Notes: generated by a model from the sequence alone, not told the origin. 64,000 nt of DNA from Camelus ferus (GCF_009834535.1 NC_045696.1:47184001-47248000); one strand, 5' to 3'. Shown: positions 53,701 through 62,599, numbered from the stretch's first letter. Made by a program: numbers and translations.

Positions 53701-56700
53701 CAGGAGCAAAACTCTGGAGTAGAGAAAAATTGAAGGCTTTTATAAAAATTAGGTGCCTGTTCCTCATCACCCTGTTAACAAAAGCATGAAGAGACAGGTC
53801 TCCACATTACCAACTGTTCAAGAGATTTTCACATATTAAGGCTGCCAGGCATATGGCCAGGTCCAACCCTCTCCCTCAGAAGAGAACCTACCAATCATTC
53901 CACCAGGAAGCTGGGCTTTAGACTTCCCTTCTACCTTTGACAATCAGCTAACTTTGTAATGTGGAGAGAACACAGTGGTGAATGTATAGCTTCATCACAC
54001 AAAGTGTCATGGGATCAAGGCCTGCCTGCCTTTATCTGCATGAAACTCTAGAAAACAGTCTATCCTCTCTGCAGAGGGCTGAACTCTAACCACCCTTCTA
54101 GCACGAAGATTCTGAGACCCTATTCCTTTTCCTGGAATGACTAAAGCCAACATATAGCCCAGCACAGGAGGTGGCATCATCATTGCATTGGAAGAGCAAG
54201 AACTCCAGTGTTTCACTGTCTCTCATTCCCAGCCTGTCCCCTCAGGCACCATGGTGACAGTTCATGGCCAGTCAATGCTCTTCCCATCCAAATTAACATA
54301 CAATATGGTATCAATGAAGTCCTTTCCTTCCTTCCTCTTCACTCCCTTTTCTTGTCCCGCCAAGCCTCATTGTCTTTTGGTTCCCATTACTTAACGTACC
54401 TTGGCCTGCCCCAGTCTGGCTACTCACAACTGCAGGTTATCTGTTCCATGGTCACACCCACTGGACTTTCAGTCTGTCTGCCTAATTAGCCAGTCCACAG
54501 AACTTTGAAAAGTGGTCATTTGGACGGGGAGTTCTTTCCATCACGAAGATGATTAAGACCAGACAGTGCACTTCAGATTCTAAAGGATCTCCTAAAACGG
54601 GAAGCAGCCTAGCTGGCACCATATTTGGATAGTCATTGACTAAAGTGTTATGACAATTTCCTGAGTATCTTATTCTTGCCTCAAAATGTATTTGCTGTCT
54701 AAAGAATCACAATTCAAAGACAGTGAATTTATATTTCATATCCAGTGAAATGTAGGTGTCTGTTTCCATTGAAACGCTCACTGCTGGCCAAAAGGAGAAA
54801 GCAAGGCAAACACTTACGTGAAGAGCACCGACTGATTCTCTCGATCTACAAAAGAAAGGAAAATGTCAGAACACTCTTCAGTCGGAGCCTTTACACATTG
54901 GCATGCACTTATTCAAAATTTCCTTGCTTGTGGTTTGAAGTCAGACACAAGGGGAAGGATTTGCTCTGTATAAAGTTAGAAAAAATACCATTTAAATGAT
55001 ACAAAGTAAAATAGAGTTTCTCTTGACCCTACGTATGCCAGGCATAAGAACGTACAAGTTCTATTCCTATTTCCTTGCTCCAAATACCAATGGTAAATGA
55101 CTAATGGTTGACATTTTGCTATTTTAAGCCCTTTAAGAAGCGTGGTGGAAGAATAGCTCTCAAATAACTTTTTGTGTCAGAGATTCTATTAGGTGCTTTA
55201 TGTAATAGAAGCTGACATCTCCAGGGCGCTCACCCTGGGCCAGCCACTGGGCTGAGCACTTTCAAGGCATTGTCTCACTTAATTTGACATATGAGCTAAT
55301 TGTCCCTATAACCCTAGGAGGGAGGCACTGTTTTGCCCACGTTTCATCCAGAAGGAAACGGAGGCTTCAAGTGATGAGTCAACTGTATAAAGGCCATGCT
55401 CTGCTCACAATGCCTACCTGTCTCTTAGTGACACAGAGAAAAAGTAGATCAGATATTTTTACCTTTCATTTTGGAAGGCAGCCACTTACTGTGAAGCAGA
55501 TCCTGAAAGGCATTATCGGCCACTGCAAAGATGTGAGGGGGAACCTCTGATCGCCTCTTCCCTTTGTAGGCAGCCGCCACTTCTTCCTGATACACTGGAA
55601 GCCACTTGTGAGGGTTTATGCTCACACAGGAGGGACCCGAATAAGTCTGCCGGAAGATCAGAACAGATTTCAGAAAACAAGTTAGAAATGCTTCCAGGTT
55701 TGTCAGCTCTTTTGCCATCAGATATCATTTGCTGGAATATTTATTTATTAAGGAACTAAAAGGAGGGTAGCTTTTGGATTCTTTCAGAGAAGGGACTTCT
55801 AACAGGAAAAGACAGAACCAGGTTAGAGTGACAATGGGACCTGGGATCACCTCTCCCCTGGGAGATCTGCCAACCATGAACTCGTCTGATACACGGACAC
55901 ACGCACAACTTTCAAAGACAGGGAGGACACTAACAGCAGACTTGCAGGTTTTGGTAACCAGCTCTCAGGCATTTGAGGTCTGAAGGGAATCTGGGCCTCA
56001 GTAAGATTTGAAAGCTGACATTTAAGGCACTGGGGTGAATAGCTCAGGGGGGTCACCCACGCTGTGGTGGTTGAACTGGCGCTTCCCAAAGATATGTCCA
56101 TGTCCTAGTCACTAGAACCTGTAAATGTGATCTGATCTGGAAAAAGGATCTTTGTGGGTGTAATCAAATTAAGGATCTCAAGATGCTATCTGGATGGGTC
56201 TTAAGCCCAAGGGTCTTAAGATGTTCTTTTGAGAGACACACAGAGGAGAAGACATGCACACACACAGAAGGCGATGTGGAGACGGAAGCAGAGAATGGAG
56301 TGATACAGCCACAGTGAATGCTGACAGCCCGTAGAAACTGGTGGAGGTAAGGAAGGACTCTCCCCTAGAGGCTCAGAGGGAGTGCAACAGCTGAGTTTAT
56401 TTGATTTTAGACTCTGGCCTCTGGAACTGTGACAAAGTAAGTTGCTGTTGTTTTAAGCCACCGGGTTTGTGGTCATTTTGTTGCAGTATCCCAGGGAAAC
56501 TGACACAGTCACGCAGCGAGTTAGAGAGCCTAGGAGCAAGCTGGCTGCACGTCAAGGCTTCTATAGCAAAGGGTCCCAAATGCATCATCTTAGCCTCACC
56601 TACCCAGTGCCACTCCTGCTGAGTAGACTCTGAGGAAATCAAAGAATCTGAGCAACCAATTGAACGATACAGAAAAAAAAATGATTCAATTTATTGAGCA

Positions 56701-57838
56701 GTAATTAGTTAACAGGCACTGAAACTATATGCTTTACCTGCATTATTTTATTTAATCCTCCAAGCTACCACAGAGAGACAGGTACTATTACCCCACTTTA
56801 TAGATAAGGTGACTTCAAGAAGAAACTTAACAACCAGTAAGAGACAGAGTGGACCTTTGGAGCCTGGTCTGTCATGCTCCAAGCCTCTTGCCTTTACTTT
56901 AGGATGACAAGCTGTGGGAAGGGTTGTAAATACTGACAAAATAAAACTGGGGAAATGTTAAGATCCCTTCTCCATGGGCATTCCTCAGAGATTATCCCTG
57001 TATGATTATGATTCAGTTCAAAGATTTCTTTTCACCCAAGAGAGGGCTGGGACATCACCAACATGATGCCAACGTGCTGTTTCAGCGGCAGAGCAGACAT
57101 ACATACATAGATCATCCAGTGGTCGTAGCGCCTCTTCAGTGTATGCAGCACAGAGGCTTCGTTGAGGTGAGCCAGCATGGCTACGTCTTCAATCATTTCA
57201 AACTCTGGAGGATTCATCTGCTGGATTTCATCCTCCTTGACACTCAGACTCTGCAGAGAGGGGAAAAATCTAAGATATATTCCCCTATTTCTTCTATGCT
57301 CATTCCTTTTTGCCAAACATTGGAAAGAATTTTCAAAGTTAAGAAAGAGATGCCTCGTTAGAGGAGGGGCCAGAGGAAGTTAAACCAAGTTTCTTCCAAG
57401 AAGCAGGTGTTCCTCCTGCTCATGTTCTCTCTTTGCCCAAAGATAAAGTTTTTAGAAGGTGTTTTTGTTGCATCAAAATTTTCTGAATTGCAGTGCTCTG
57501 ACCCTATGGCTCCTCACTGACTCAAGCCTGAGAGTACACATGTTATACTGCACATGATCTATCCCCTCTTGAGATGTCTCAGCATATTCTGGAGGTTTGG
57601 AAGAAGGAATTTGGAGGGAAGGATCAAGGAGGCAGACTCATCCTTCCAGACTTAAAGACCTATTCTCTTCCTCAAACCTTCCCCAACTTCCCCAGCTCAT
57701 TACTGTTTTATCTCCTTCCTTAAGTCTTTTATCATATACACAACCTGTATTATCTTTTTTCTTTTACTTTTTAAAAATTGAAGTATAGTTGATTTACAAT
57801 GTTGCATTATTTCTGGTGTTCAACAAAGTGATTCACAG

Positions 57839-57890
<52 letters not shown>

Positions 57891-60241
57891 ATATTCTTTT
57901 TCAGATTCTTTTCCATTATAGGCCATACAGGATATTGAATATAGTTCCCTGTGCTACACAGGTCTTTGCTGTGTATCTACTCTGCACACAGTAGTTTGTA
58001 TCTGCTAATCCCAAGCTCCCTATTTATCCCTCCCCCTTCTTATACTAACTCTTGTGTATTTTTCAGTAATTGGCTATGTTAACCCTATTCCCAGCTAGAC
58101 GGTAAGCATCTTAGGAAGGAGTCTTGATATTGTCTTGTTCTGCAGTTATTAAAGCCTTTATCGCAATGCTAAGGAAATGGTAGGTATTCAGCATATATAA
58201 GTATCTTGATTAACATGGATGCATTGTTACTACGAAATAGTTGCTTAGAGTTACTCACAGAAGTTTCCTAACATCATTTCCTGTAGCCCCTTTTTCTTCA
58301 GTAAACAAATATCGGTATCAGCTGATTGCTCCATTGACTCCCAGTTGGGAATGGCTTCTTCCAGGACTCCCGCTCTCCATATTCTCCATCTAATTCCTAC
58401 CCACAGTCTTCTTTGACATTGTTCAAACAGTAATCCATTTTCTTTTGAGTCCCTTCAATTTCCATATGTCATGGACTCCTTCTCTCCCATAGAACATAAT
58501 CAGCCCTCTGACATCAAAAAACTCCCCTTGGCTCTGATTCTATTTTTCTCTCTTCTTTCACTACCAACTTTAAGTGTTACTCTCCACCCACTGGCTTTAT
58601 TGCCTTAGTTAATGTTACAAAGGCCAAAGGTGATTGGAAGTGTCATCACTTCTAACATCAGGAGGAGGAAGCCTGGGGCCAGGGAGATGCAGAGTGGGGC
58701 TGGGGGCCAGGCCTTCCATTAGGAGGTGAAAAGTCAAGCAGAACAAAACCACCCACCGTTTGACTCCTCTTTCTATTTCATTAACCTATTGCTTTCATGC
58801 TCTTCTTCCTATGATTTCTTTTGAAAATCATAGTTGTAATCACATTATATTCACAAATTACCTTAAATACTGTTGAAAAGGCAGCAGTTTTAGAATGTGC
58901 TTAGGAGAACAAACCTCTCATCTGGAGGCCTAGTAAAACTGAATAGGACACAATCTAGAAAGTGAAAGCACAGCACACAGACTAGGAGAAAAGAATTGAA
59001 TCCCTTTGTTTCTTAAGACATTCTGAATTTTCCCTTGCCTACATTTTTATGCTCCTGTTGATAAGGACTAAGTTCTGCCCTTAATCCCATTAATTATTTA
59101 TATAAAATCTACCTAACTTGTGATTTTTTAAAATGTACAGATACCAGCAGGAAGGCATATTAGGACATCAAAAGTGGTAGTTTTTGAGTGGAATCCAGCA
59201 TTTTACAATTCAAATGGCAATGCTTTAGATCATAAACTGTCCAAATACAAAGATAAAAAGATAAACTTCACTGATAATGATTGTACCTGTCTGTTATAGG
59301 ATGTGGTTTATTATGGAGCTGGGGAGGGCAGAATTGGAAGGAGAATGGAGAATTGTATACAGGCAGGAAATCATCTGTAAAATCTACAAGAATGTGTCCA
59401 TCTGAGTCAGGCCAGCAACAGGGCCTGGTTCCCCACCATGGAGCAGGCAGGCACCTGAGGTCAGCAACGCAGGCAAAGGTTCTGAGAGTGGGCTGTCTGC
59501 TCAGTATTGCTCTGTTGCTCTGTATGCCTTGGTGACAGGGAGAAGGGATTGGGGACTGTTACAGCCTCACAACACATTTCCTCTATGACCCCTTACAGTC
59601 TAACTTATGCCCCAACACTTGACCTAAGCTTCTCCTTCAAAGGTCATAGGTGACCTCCTAATTCTGAAGTCCAAGGCTTTCTCCAAGCCATAAATCTCTT
59701 TCTTTAGCATTTGACATTACTGACCATTCGCTCATTTCTTGGCTTCTCTGACATTGAGCTATTCTTATTCATATTATCCCTCTCTTTCCTGATCCTACAA
59801 ACACAGCCTGCTTCAAGTTCCTAAGGTCATTATTTACTACATTGGGCACCTTTACAAAAGAACTTGAACCATGATGAAAGGAGTGGAAAAAGCTGTGCAT
59901 TCTAGAGTCAGTGAGCTTTACCACTAGTGATCATTTTACTCTGATTTCAATGTTCATCATTAAATCTTTGATAGTAAGCGAAGGAGCTTCTTAAAGATGA
60001 ATGAGTTTTCCAAAATGTGTCAGTGGCATCTCCTACCCCAGGTTTTTAAGTAAACAATTAGAGAAAGGATATATTTAATTATGAAATGAAATAGAGAATT
60101 TAGTTATCCTGGGATGAAATAAAGTTTCCTTTACCTTTCCATCTGTTGTCTCAACAATTATTCCGCCATCATCTCCAATCCCTGTAACCTCAGCCTCAAC
60201 ATAAGCATTCTTCACATCACGAATCCAGCATTTCTTCTTCC
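879..60241 (-). CDS. MYH15: Myosin heavy chain 15 gene, internal part: 19 spliced coding exons covering the N-terminal SH3-like domain, motor domain and converter; the gene continues beyond both window ends
   Basis: Exons joined by hand at GT/AG sites give 2,174 nt with compatible phases and no stops. Motifs present: P-loop GESGAGKT, switch I NDNSSRFG, switch II DITGFE, relay [21 protein letters not shown]. Paralog-type segments ([36 protein letters not shown]) match my recollection of MYH15 rather than MYH1-8/13/7B. Confidence 0.93.
1903..2020 (-). CDS. MYH15: MYH15 coding exon (118 nt), SH2/SH1 helices: (G)[38 protein letters not shown](R)
   Basis: Acceptor ttcag|GT, donor AG|gtaaac. Confidence 0.96.
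3575..4910 (+). mobile_element. Old L1 (L1MA/MB-like) ORF2 end + 3'UTR, split by the MuDR-like element
   Basis: ggaatattattcagccatgaaaagg...atatgatctcatttat [insertion] cacttatatgcggaatct...tatctcaataa + A tail. Confidence 0.82.
3789..4498 (+). mobile_element. Mutator/MuDR-family DNA transposon (Ricksha-like), internally deleted
   Basis: ~110-125 bp imperfect TIRs (3789-3900, 4374-4498) made of ~15-bp subunits; ~8-9-bp degenerate TSD; internal remnant of a MULE-type transposase C-terminus. Confidence 0.8.
5469..5556 (-). CDS. MYH15: MYH15 coding exon (88 nt): [29 protein letters not shown](G)
   Basis: Acceptor tttag|GAA, donor G|gtaagt; PHFVRCI motif. Confidence 0.96.
5880..6262. mobile_element. 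MaLR LTR relic (MLT1I/J-like)
   Basis: tcttaggtcag...gaagcagaatctgagctggggattc matches the recalled old-MLT1 terminus. Confidence 0.55.
6416..6483 (-). CDS. MYH15: MYH15 coding exon (68 nt), loop 2: (A)[22 protein letters not shown]
   Basis: Acceptor tttag|CT, donor AAA|gtaatt; lysine-rich actin-binding loop 2. Confidence 0.93.
6525..7125 (+). mobile_element. Ancient L1ME-like 3' fragment
   Basis: aaatgtctatcaaagggggattggttagttaaattatg and the downstream 3'UTR-like sequence. Confidence 0.6.
8533..8816 (+). mobile_element. Short solo ERV1-type LTR interrupting a MIR-like relic
   Basis: TG start, CCAAT motif, ctcaaataaactctt polyA signal, LTR-like end aatatgcctgagtttatcttttaa. Confidence 0.6.
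9462..9594 (-). CDS. MYH15: MYH15 coding exon (133 nt): [44 protein letters not shown](A)
   Basis: Acceptor ccaaag|GTG, donor G|gtgagt. Confidence 0.95.
10173..10233. repeat. Compound microsatellite (ACACGT)n + (CA)n
   Basis: gcgcacacgtacaagtacacgtacacgtacacgtacacacagacacacac... Confidence 0.9.
10688..10864 (-). CDS. MYH15: MYH15 coding exon (177 nt): [59 protein letters not shown]
   Basis: Acceptor aatag|CCA, donor ATG|gtaagt; HYAG motif. Confidence 0.96.
11000..12180. mobile_element. L2 relic interrupted by a MER58-like hAT element
   Basis: attcaacaaatatgtgttaaag, gcattgggaagactttggagatatttaac and ccaggtttttggcttgagc are L2-like motifs. Confidence 0.65.
11581..11950. mobile_element. MER58-like hAT-Charlie MITE (two MER58-type halves)
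   Basis: Terminal inverted repeats cagggttggcaaa ... gtttgctgacccctg; internal gtcagcaaactttttct. Confidence 0.75.
14337..14850. mobile_element. Solo ERVL-type LTR (MER74/MER54-like)
   Basis: Ends ccctaggataggaatccctccctcacc...caatcaaaaca; family name from memory. Confidence 0.5.
14912..15462 (+). mobile_element. 5'-truncated artiodactyl-type L1 (ORF2 end + 3'UTR) with a perfect 15-bp TSD
   Basis: TSD aagttttgatcttaa at 14897-14911 and 15463-15477; 3' end gtaaatcaactatacttcaataaa. Confidence 0.9.
15861..16212 (+). mobile_element. Older L1 3'UTR fragment with A-rich tail, same lineage as the young L1
   Basis: Aligns to ~21331-21604 but is clearly more diverged than the 104-bp repeats and carries ~30 extra nt. 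Confidence 0.85.
16213..16316 (+). repeat. Left copy of the 104-bp direct repeat flanking the young L1
   Basis: aaaaatgaatcaattttgacattag...cattcttactagaaggtg; ungapped match to 21605-21708 with 4 mismatches. Confidence 0.97.
16317..17087 (+). pseudogene. L1 ORF1p, N-terminally truncated, otherwise open to its stop
   Basis: Coiled-coil heptads, [22 protein letters not shown] and YPARLS motifs; no native ATG or 5'UTR (the GTG start in the ORF track lies in the flanking repeat). Confidence 0.93.
17492..21288 (+). pseudogene. L1 ORF2p (endonuclease/reverse transcriptase), disrupted
   Basis: ATG 17492 ([18 protein letters not shown]), natural stop TAA 21286-21288. Lesions: TAG 17663-17665, +1 frameshift in the A7 run 18558-18564, TGA 18723-18725, frameshift near 19358-19362, TGA 21130-21132. 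Confidence 0.93.
21605..21708 (+). repeat. Right copy of the 104-bp direct repeat flanking the young L1
   Basis: aaaaatgaatcagttttgacattag...cattcttattagaaggtg, starting in the L1 A tail. Confidence 0.97.
21709..22030 (+). mobile_element. Ancient L1ME-like fragment; host sequence for the younger L1 insertions
   Basis: aaagatgttcattgtatcatggtttacaatg...taaatgcccactaacaagaggttggttaataaaatcatg. Confidence 0.6.
22742..22955 (-). mobile_element. L1 3'UTR fragment with TA/CA simple repeat
   Basis: tgatttacaatgttagtttcag...ccctgtgctatacagtaggacc. Confidence 0.8.
24678..24848 (-). CDS. MYH15: MYH15 coding exon (171 nt), relay helix: [57 protein letters not shown]
   Basis: Acceptor tgaag|TAT with branch-point-like cctaatc just upstream, donor AAG|gtaacg. 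Confidence 0.95.
24895..25036 (+). mobile_element. Short old L1 3' end
   Basis: ggtaactatttgaggtgacagatatgttaattaccttgattgtggt...tatacctcagta. Confidence 0.7.
25433..25582 (-). CDS. MYH15: MYH15 coding exon (150 nt), switch [52 protein letters not shown]
   Basis: Acceptor tccag|GTG, donor GAT|gtaagt. Confidence 0.96.
25915..26057. mobile_element. MER5A-like hAT MITE, followed by a MIR fragment
   Basis: tcaaagtgtggtcc...gcagcatcagcatctcctgaga...aagtttgaaaaatactg. Confidence 0.7.
28322..28548 (+). mobile_element. Ancient tRNA-derived SINE relic (MamSINE1-like)
   Basis: Degenerate A box (ggtaactcagtcc) and B-box region, then atgggctcattagttt, resembling the recalled MamSINE1 head. Confidence 0.45.
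29085..29430. mobile_element. Old MaLR (MLT1) LTR relic
   Basis: gagtaagaaataaatccctat...cactgagattttag...tactgactaacata MLT1-type end. Confidence 0.55.
30090..30208 (-). CDS. MYH15: MYH15 coding exon (119 nt): (N)[39 protein letters not shown]
   Basis: Acceptor accag|AT, donor CAG|gtaaga; cardiomyopathy-loop segment HPRxxVGNEYV. Confidence 0.95.
30428..31186 (+). mobile_element. L1MB-like ORF2 end + 3'UTR
   Basis: caaatcaaaaccacaatgaaat...tgtccatcaactgatgaatggataaac...agagacagaaagtagat. Confidence 0.85.
32995..33325. mobile_element. Cluster of MER5-like hAT MITEs
   Basis: caggtgattcggatacacatgaaggtctgagaac; ccccaagtgatttggatgtgcagcaagtttgagaactact. Confidence 0.6.
33590..34470. mobile_element. 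L2 relic
   Basis: ctgagcacttgctatgtgcaaagcctggtactag; ttgatctgggccttgaaggatgag. Confidence 0.6.
35365..36141. mobile_element. MER21-like LTR inserted in an L2 relic
   Basis: gacaccagctg...tacctggagatggcgtcagattcc...cagtcccacaagactgc; ends tataaatcacaatatcaca. Confidence 0.75.
36851..37360 (+). mobile_element. Solo ERV LTR (~510 bp), probably lineage-specific
   Basis: TG...CA termini, cataaaa TATA-like motif, ctcaaataaaactc polyA signal; possible TSD aaaac/aaatc. Confidence 0.6.
37745..38625 (+). mobile_element. L1MB-like ORF2 C-terminus + 3'UTR
   Basis: aaaaatgggcaaag...agggaaatgcaaatcaaaaccacaatgagatatcacc...tatttaccacaat + A tail. Confidence 0.88.
39274..39412 (-). CDS. MYH15: MYH15 coding exon (139 nt): [46 protein letters not shown](N)
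   Basis: Acceptor ttacag|CGA, donor A|gtaagg. Confidence 0.95.
40700..40803 (-). CDS. MYH15: MYH15 coding exon (104 nt): (D)[34 protein letters not shown]
   Basis: Acceptor tgcag|AT, donor GAT|gtaagg. Confidence 0.94.
41590..42050 (+). mobile_element. Old L1M(C/D)-like 3' fragment
   Basis: ggaaaccatccaaatgtctatcaatag...tactgtatgattccat...atcagtggttgcct. Confidence 0.65.
42228..43475. mobile_element. Long L2 relic
   Basis: tcaacaaatatttgtgg...gatcagggaaggcctct...aagtttgagatgccgattaaacatccaagggga. Confidence 0.75.
46800..47390. mobile_element. L2 3' relic (opposite orientation to 42228-43475)
   Basis: cctcagggcctttgcac...actagaatgtaagctcatgaggcagg...aatatttgttgaatgaat. Confidence 0.7.
47736..47767. 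repeat. (CA)n microsatellite
   Basis: About 15-16 perfect CA units. Confidence 0.9.
48389..48484 (-). CDS. MYH15: MYH15 coding exon (96 nt): (Y)[31 protein letters not shown](D)
   Basis: Acceptor tgcag|AT, donor G|gtaagt; follows an 86-nt intron; LLEKSRV and ERNYHIFY motifs. Confidence 0.96.
48571..48634 (-). CDS. MYH15: MYH15 coding exon (64 nt): [21 protein letters not shown](Y)
   Basis: Acceptor ctcag|GGC, donor T|gtgagt. Confidence 0.95.
48914..49203 (-). mobile_element. L1 3'UTR fragment (artiodactyl type), inserted in a MIR
   Basis: aagtatagttgatttacaat...gttccctgtgctatacagta is the reverse complement of the same 3'UTR family. Confidence 0.85.
50055..50345. repeat. ~290-bp CT-rich low-complexity tract
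   Basis: + strand almost entirely pyrimidines (tttc/cttt variants). Confidence 0.9.
51095..51420 (+). mobile_element. Artiodactyl-type L1 3' end with a degenerate 14-bp TSD
   Basis: aaaatcttctttga (51081-51094) vs aaaaccttttttga (51421-51434); homologous to the 3' part of 14912-15462. Confidence 0.85.
51535..51627 (-). CDS. MYH15: MYH15 coding exon (93 nt), switch [32 protein letters not shown]
   Basis: Acceptor ctcag|GGG, donor TTT|gtaagt. Confidence 0.96.
53410..53503 (-). CDS. MYH15: MYH15 coding exon (94 nt), P-loop: [31 protein letters not shown]
   Basis: Acceptor catag|A, donor CCA|gtaagt; GESGAGKT intact. Confidence 0.96.
54818..54845 (-). CDS. MYH15: MYH15 coding micro-exon (28 nt): (N)RENQSVLF(T)
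   Basis: Acceptor tgtag|AT, donor AC|gtaagt; the RENQS segment preceding the P-loop; phases fit both neighbours. Confidence 0.92.
55490..55646 (-). CDS. MYH15: MYH15 coding exon (157 nt): [52 protein letters not shown](N)
   Basis: Acceptor cggcag|ACT, donor CACA|gtaagt; PPHIF motif. Confidence 0.95.
56063..56507. mobile_element. MaLR solo LTR (MLT1B/C-like)
   Basis: tgtggtggttgaa...cccaaagatatgtccatgtcct...tggcctctggaactgtga...ggaaactgacaca. Confidence 0.85.
56690..56900. mobile_element. MIR relic
   Basis: tttattgagca...atttaatcctc...tattaccccactttatagataag MIR core. Confidence 0.7.
57107..57250 (-). CDS. MYH15: MYH15 coding exon (144 nt): [48 protein letters not shown]
   Basis: Acceptor ctgcag|AGT, donor TAT|gtatgt; within ORF 57032..57316. 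Confidence 0.95.
57764..58036 (-). mobile_element. L1 3'UTR fragment containing an expanded (AC)n microsatellite (~57841-57884)
   Basis: ttgaagtatagttgatttacaat...; about 22 AC units. Confidence 0.85.
60135..60241 (-). CDS. MYH15: MYH15 coding exon (107 nt): (G)[35 protein letters not shown]
   Basis: Acceptor ctatag|GG, donor AAG|gtaaag; myosin N-terminal SH3-like segment; absent from the ORF track. Confidence 0.9.
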
Positions 60242-62599
60242 CTATAGAGAAAAAAAATGGATTGTTAACAGCAGTACTTGTAGGAAATGTACATTGGATA
60301 CTTTCACATTGACAGACATGATCTCATTTCTAAGTCTACTTGTTGACTTGGAGGCACCAATATAGGAAATTGCCAAATTAGATAAAATCATGAAAGATCA
60401 CCCGGAAGATAAACCCACATAAGGACTCTGTAGGAATAAGAACCATTTCAGCAGGTGGAGGTGGGGAACACCATAGACCATTTTGCTACAAGAAAGTTAC
60501 CCGCCAGCACCTCAGCCACCCCTCCCAACCCCAACACGTACCTCCCACTCCCAGTCCCCGGTGCTGGGTGGTTGTCCTGGTGATCTTACCCTTCCCAGCT
60601 TCCCTTCAAAAAACTTTCCTCAGAAACCTCTGGTTACAACTAAACGAAAATTTAGGTTAGTGGCTCTGACTGTCATCAGGATTTCTTTAGACCTCATTTT
60701 TAATTTTGGAATGAAAGCCTGCTAAGAGAATGACATGGCAGAATTGGAGTAGGGAGAATTGGGGAGAGAGACTATGGGTTATTTCTGTCATACAGCATAA
60801 CTGATTCATTTTATTTCCCCCATATATTATTTTTCTCCCCTTAGTCTCTTTAATCCTACGTCTCGTGTCTCAGCAAAGCAGCCCTCTACAAACCTTAACC
60901 AATTAGAGATTTGGGTGAACTGAGCCAGAATCCCTATGAACATCTGAGGCAGGTTCTCCTAGCCTCACTTAGATGCTTCTCAAGTCCTCTCCCACCCAAG
61001 GCAGAAAGCCAGGGAAGATTAACAAAACACATACTTTTAAAGGAAAATGAGTCTAACCAGAAGCTCACAGAAATTCCCAGCTCCTCAGAAAGATGTGGGA
61101 AAGAGGTGAAGAGAGCATTTGGTTAGAGAGGGAAAATCTGAACCCATGGCTCTGAGATGTACAGGTGAAATCCCCTTGCAACCACTGGCGGATCGGGCCA
61201 ACTCCGTCACCACCTCCCCAAACATGAATCACAAATCTTGGGAGCCTTTTGCTGCAGAAGTGGCAGCCTTCGCCAGCTGCTCTCCCCAGAGGTGGACAAT
61301 GCGACTCGAGGATGGTATGTGTAGGAAGGAGCTGCAGTTGGGTAGCTTTCAGCCCTTCTTCCATCACGCTTGTCTCTGGAAAGAATTTTCTTGCTCACTA
61401 CTGTCTTACCACCACAACCTACACTGTGCTCTCTTCCCCATTCCCCTGATTCCAATCAGCTCACCACTAAAACTGCTGGGCAGGTGGAATTTTGTATTCC
61501 TTTTTGCATTTGCTTCTACTTGTGTGCATTTTAAATACTGGTTTGAATTGTATTTATCATTTTGCCCTTTTTGCAAAAATTAATTTTGCTTTGTGTGATG
61601 TCTAGGAAAATAGGCTTGTTTTTGAAAAGCACTCATTTTGCATACATTTTGTGTGTTTTAGGTATATGGGCGGCATTTGAAACCAAGTGTCATTACTTGA
61701 GAGAAACATGGGTATCACCTGGCACAGATTTCCCTTTGTTATTTTTATTTTTAGAAAAAGAACCTGGGAAGAGAGATTAAGAGAGTTGTCCATAGTCACA
61801 TAGCTAATTAGTGACCATCATTAGAATAATGACTCTAGAAATTAGATCATTTACCTCCTAAATCAGAGCTCTTCCACTACAGCATTCTTCCTCTGTCCTA
61901 TATGCTGAGCTTTTTTCCTTCCAATTTTTCTCTCAAAAATTAGGTTCATCACCTGCCTTATGACTAGCTCTTTTATTGCTCCTAGAAACAGCAGGTGAGA
62001 AGACCTATCTGAGACCCAGACCTGGAGAGGGATGGTTTTGAAGATGAAGTAAATGAACTCGGTCAACTTTTAATCCTTTGCATTCATAAATAATGGCAGG
62101 GATGGAAATGTGTACAGCAATGGATTTGAGGCAGGCCACCTGGATTTTAGTCCCGGTTTTGCTAGTAAAAGGTGTAAGGCAATGGCCTCAACTCTTTGGG
62201 CTGTAGTTCTCTCATTTGTAAACTGAGGATGTTTGTCTCTATGACTTCATATTTTTAGATGATTAAATGTCTTTTCCAATATAAGGTAACATGTGTTTAT
62301 TGCAAAAAAGACTAAAAAAGTAGAGAGATGTATGAAGAAGATTTTTAAAAAAATAATCGCCCATAATGAAACAACTCAGAATCCATCTGAAGCATTTCTT
62401 TCAAGTCTTTTTTTTTCTATAATGTTGATCAAAATTGAATAATACTATATTCAGTTTTGTAGTTATTTTAAACAGATGGTTAACCTATTCTGATATAAAA
62501 ATCATTTACATTTGGCTTTGAAATGGTATTTCGTTTCTATCTCTGAAAGCATACTTCCTCCCTGACACCCAGCAATTCTAGTTTTCTTTCCCAGGTATC

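Noticed and set aside
879..60241. Calling MYH15 a pseudogene
   Set aside because: No stop, frameshift or lost GT/AG in any of the 19 exons seen; inactivation could only be shown from exons outside the window or expression data
61065..61583. Overlapping 100-154-aa ORFs on both strands
   Set aside because: No recognisable domain or splice context; consistent with chance ORFs in a locally GC-richer intron
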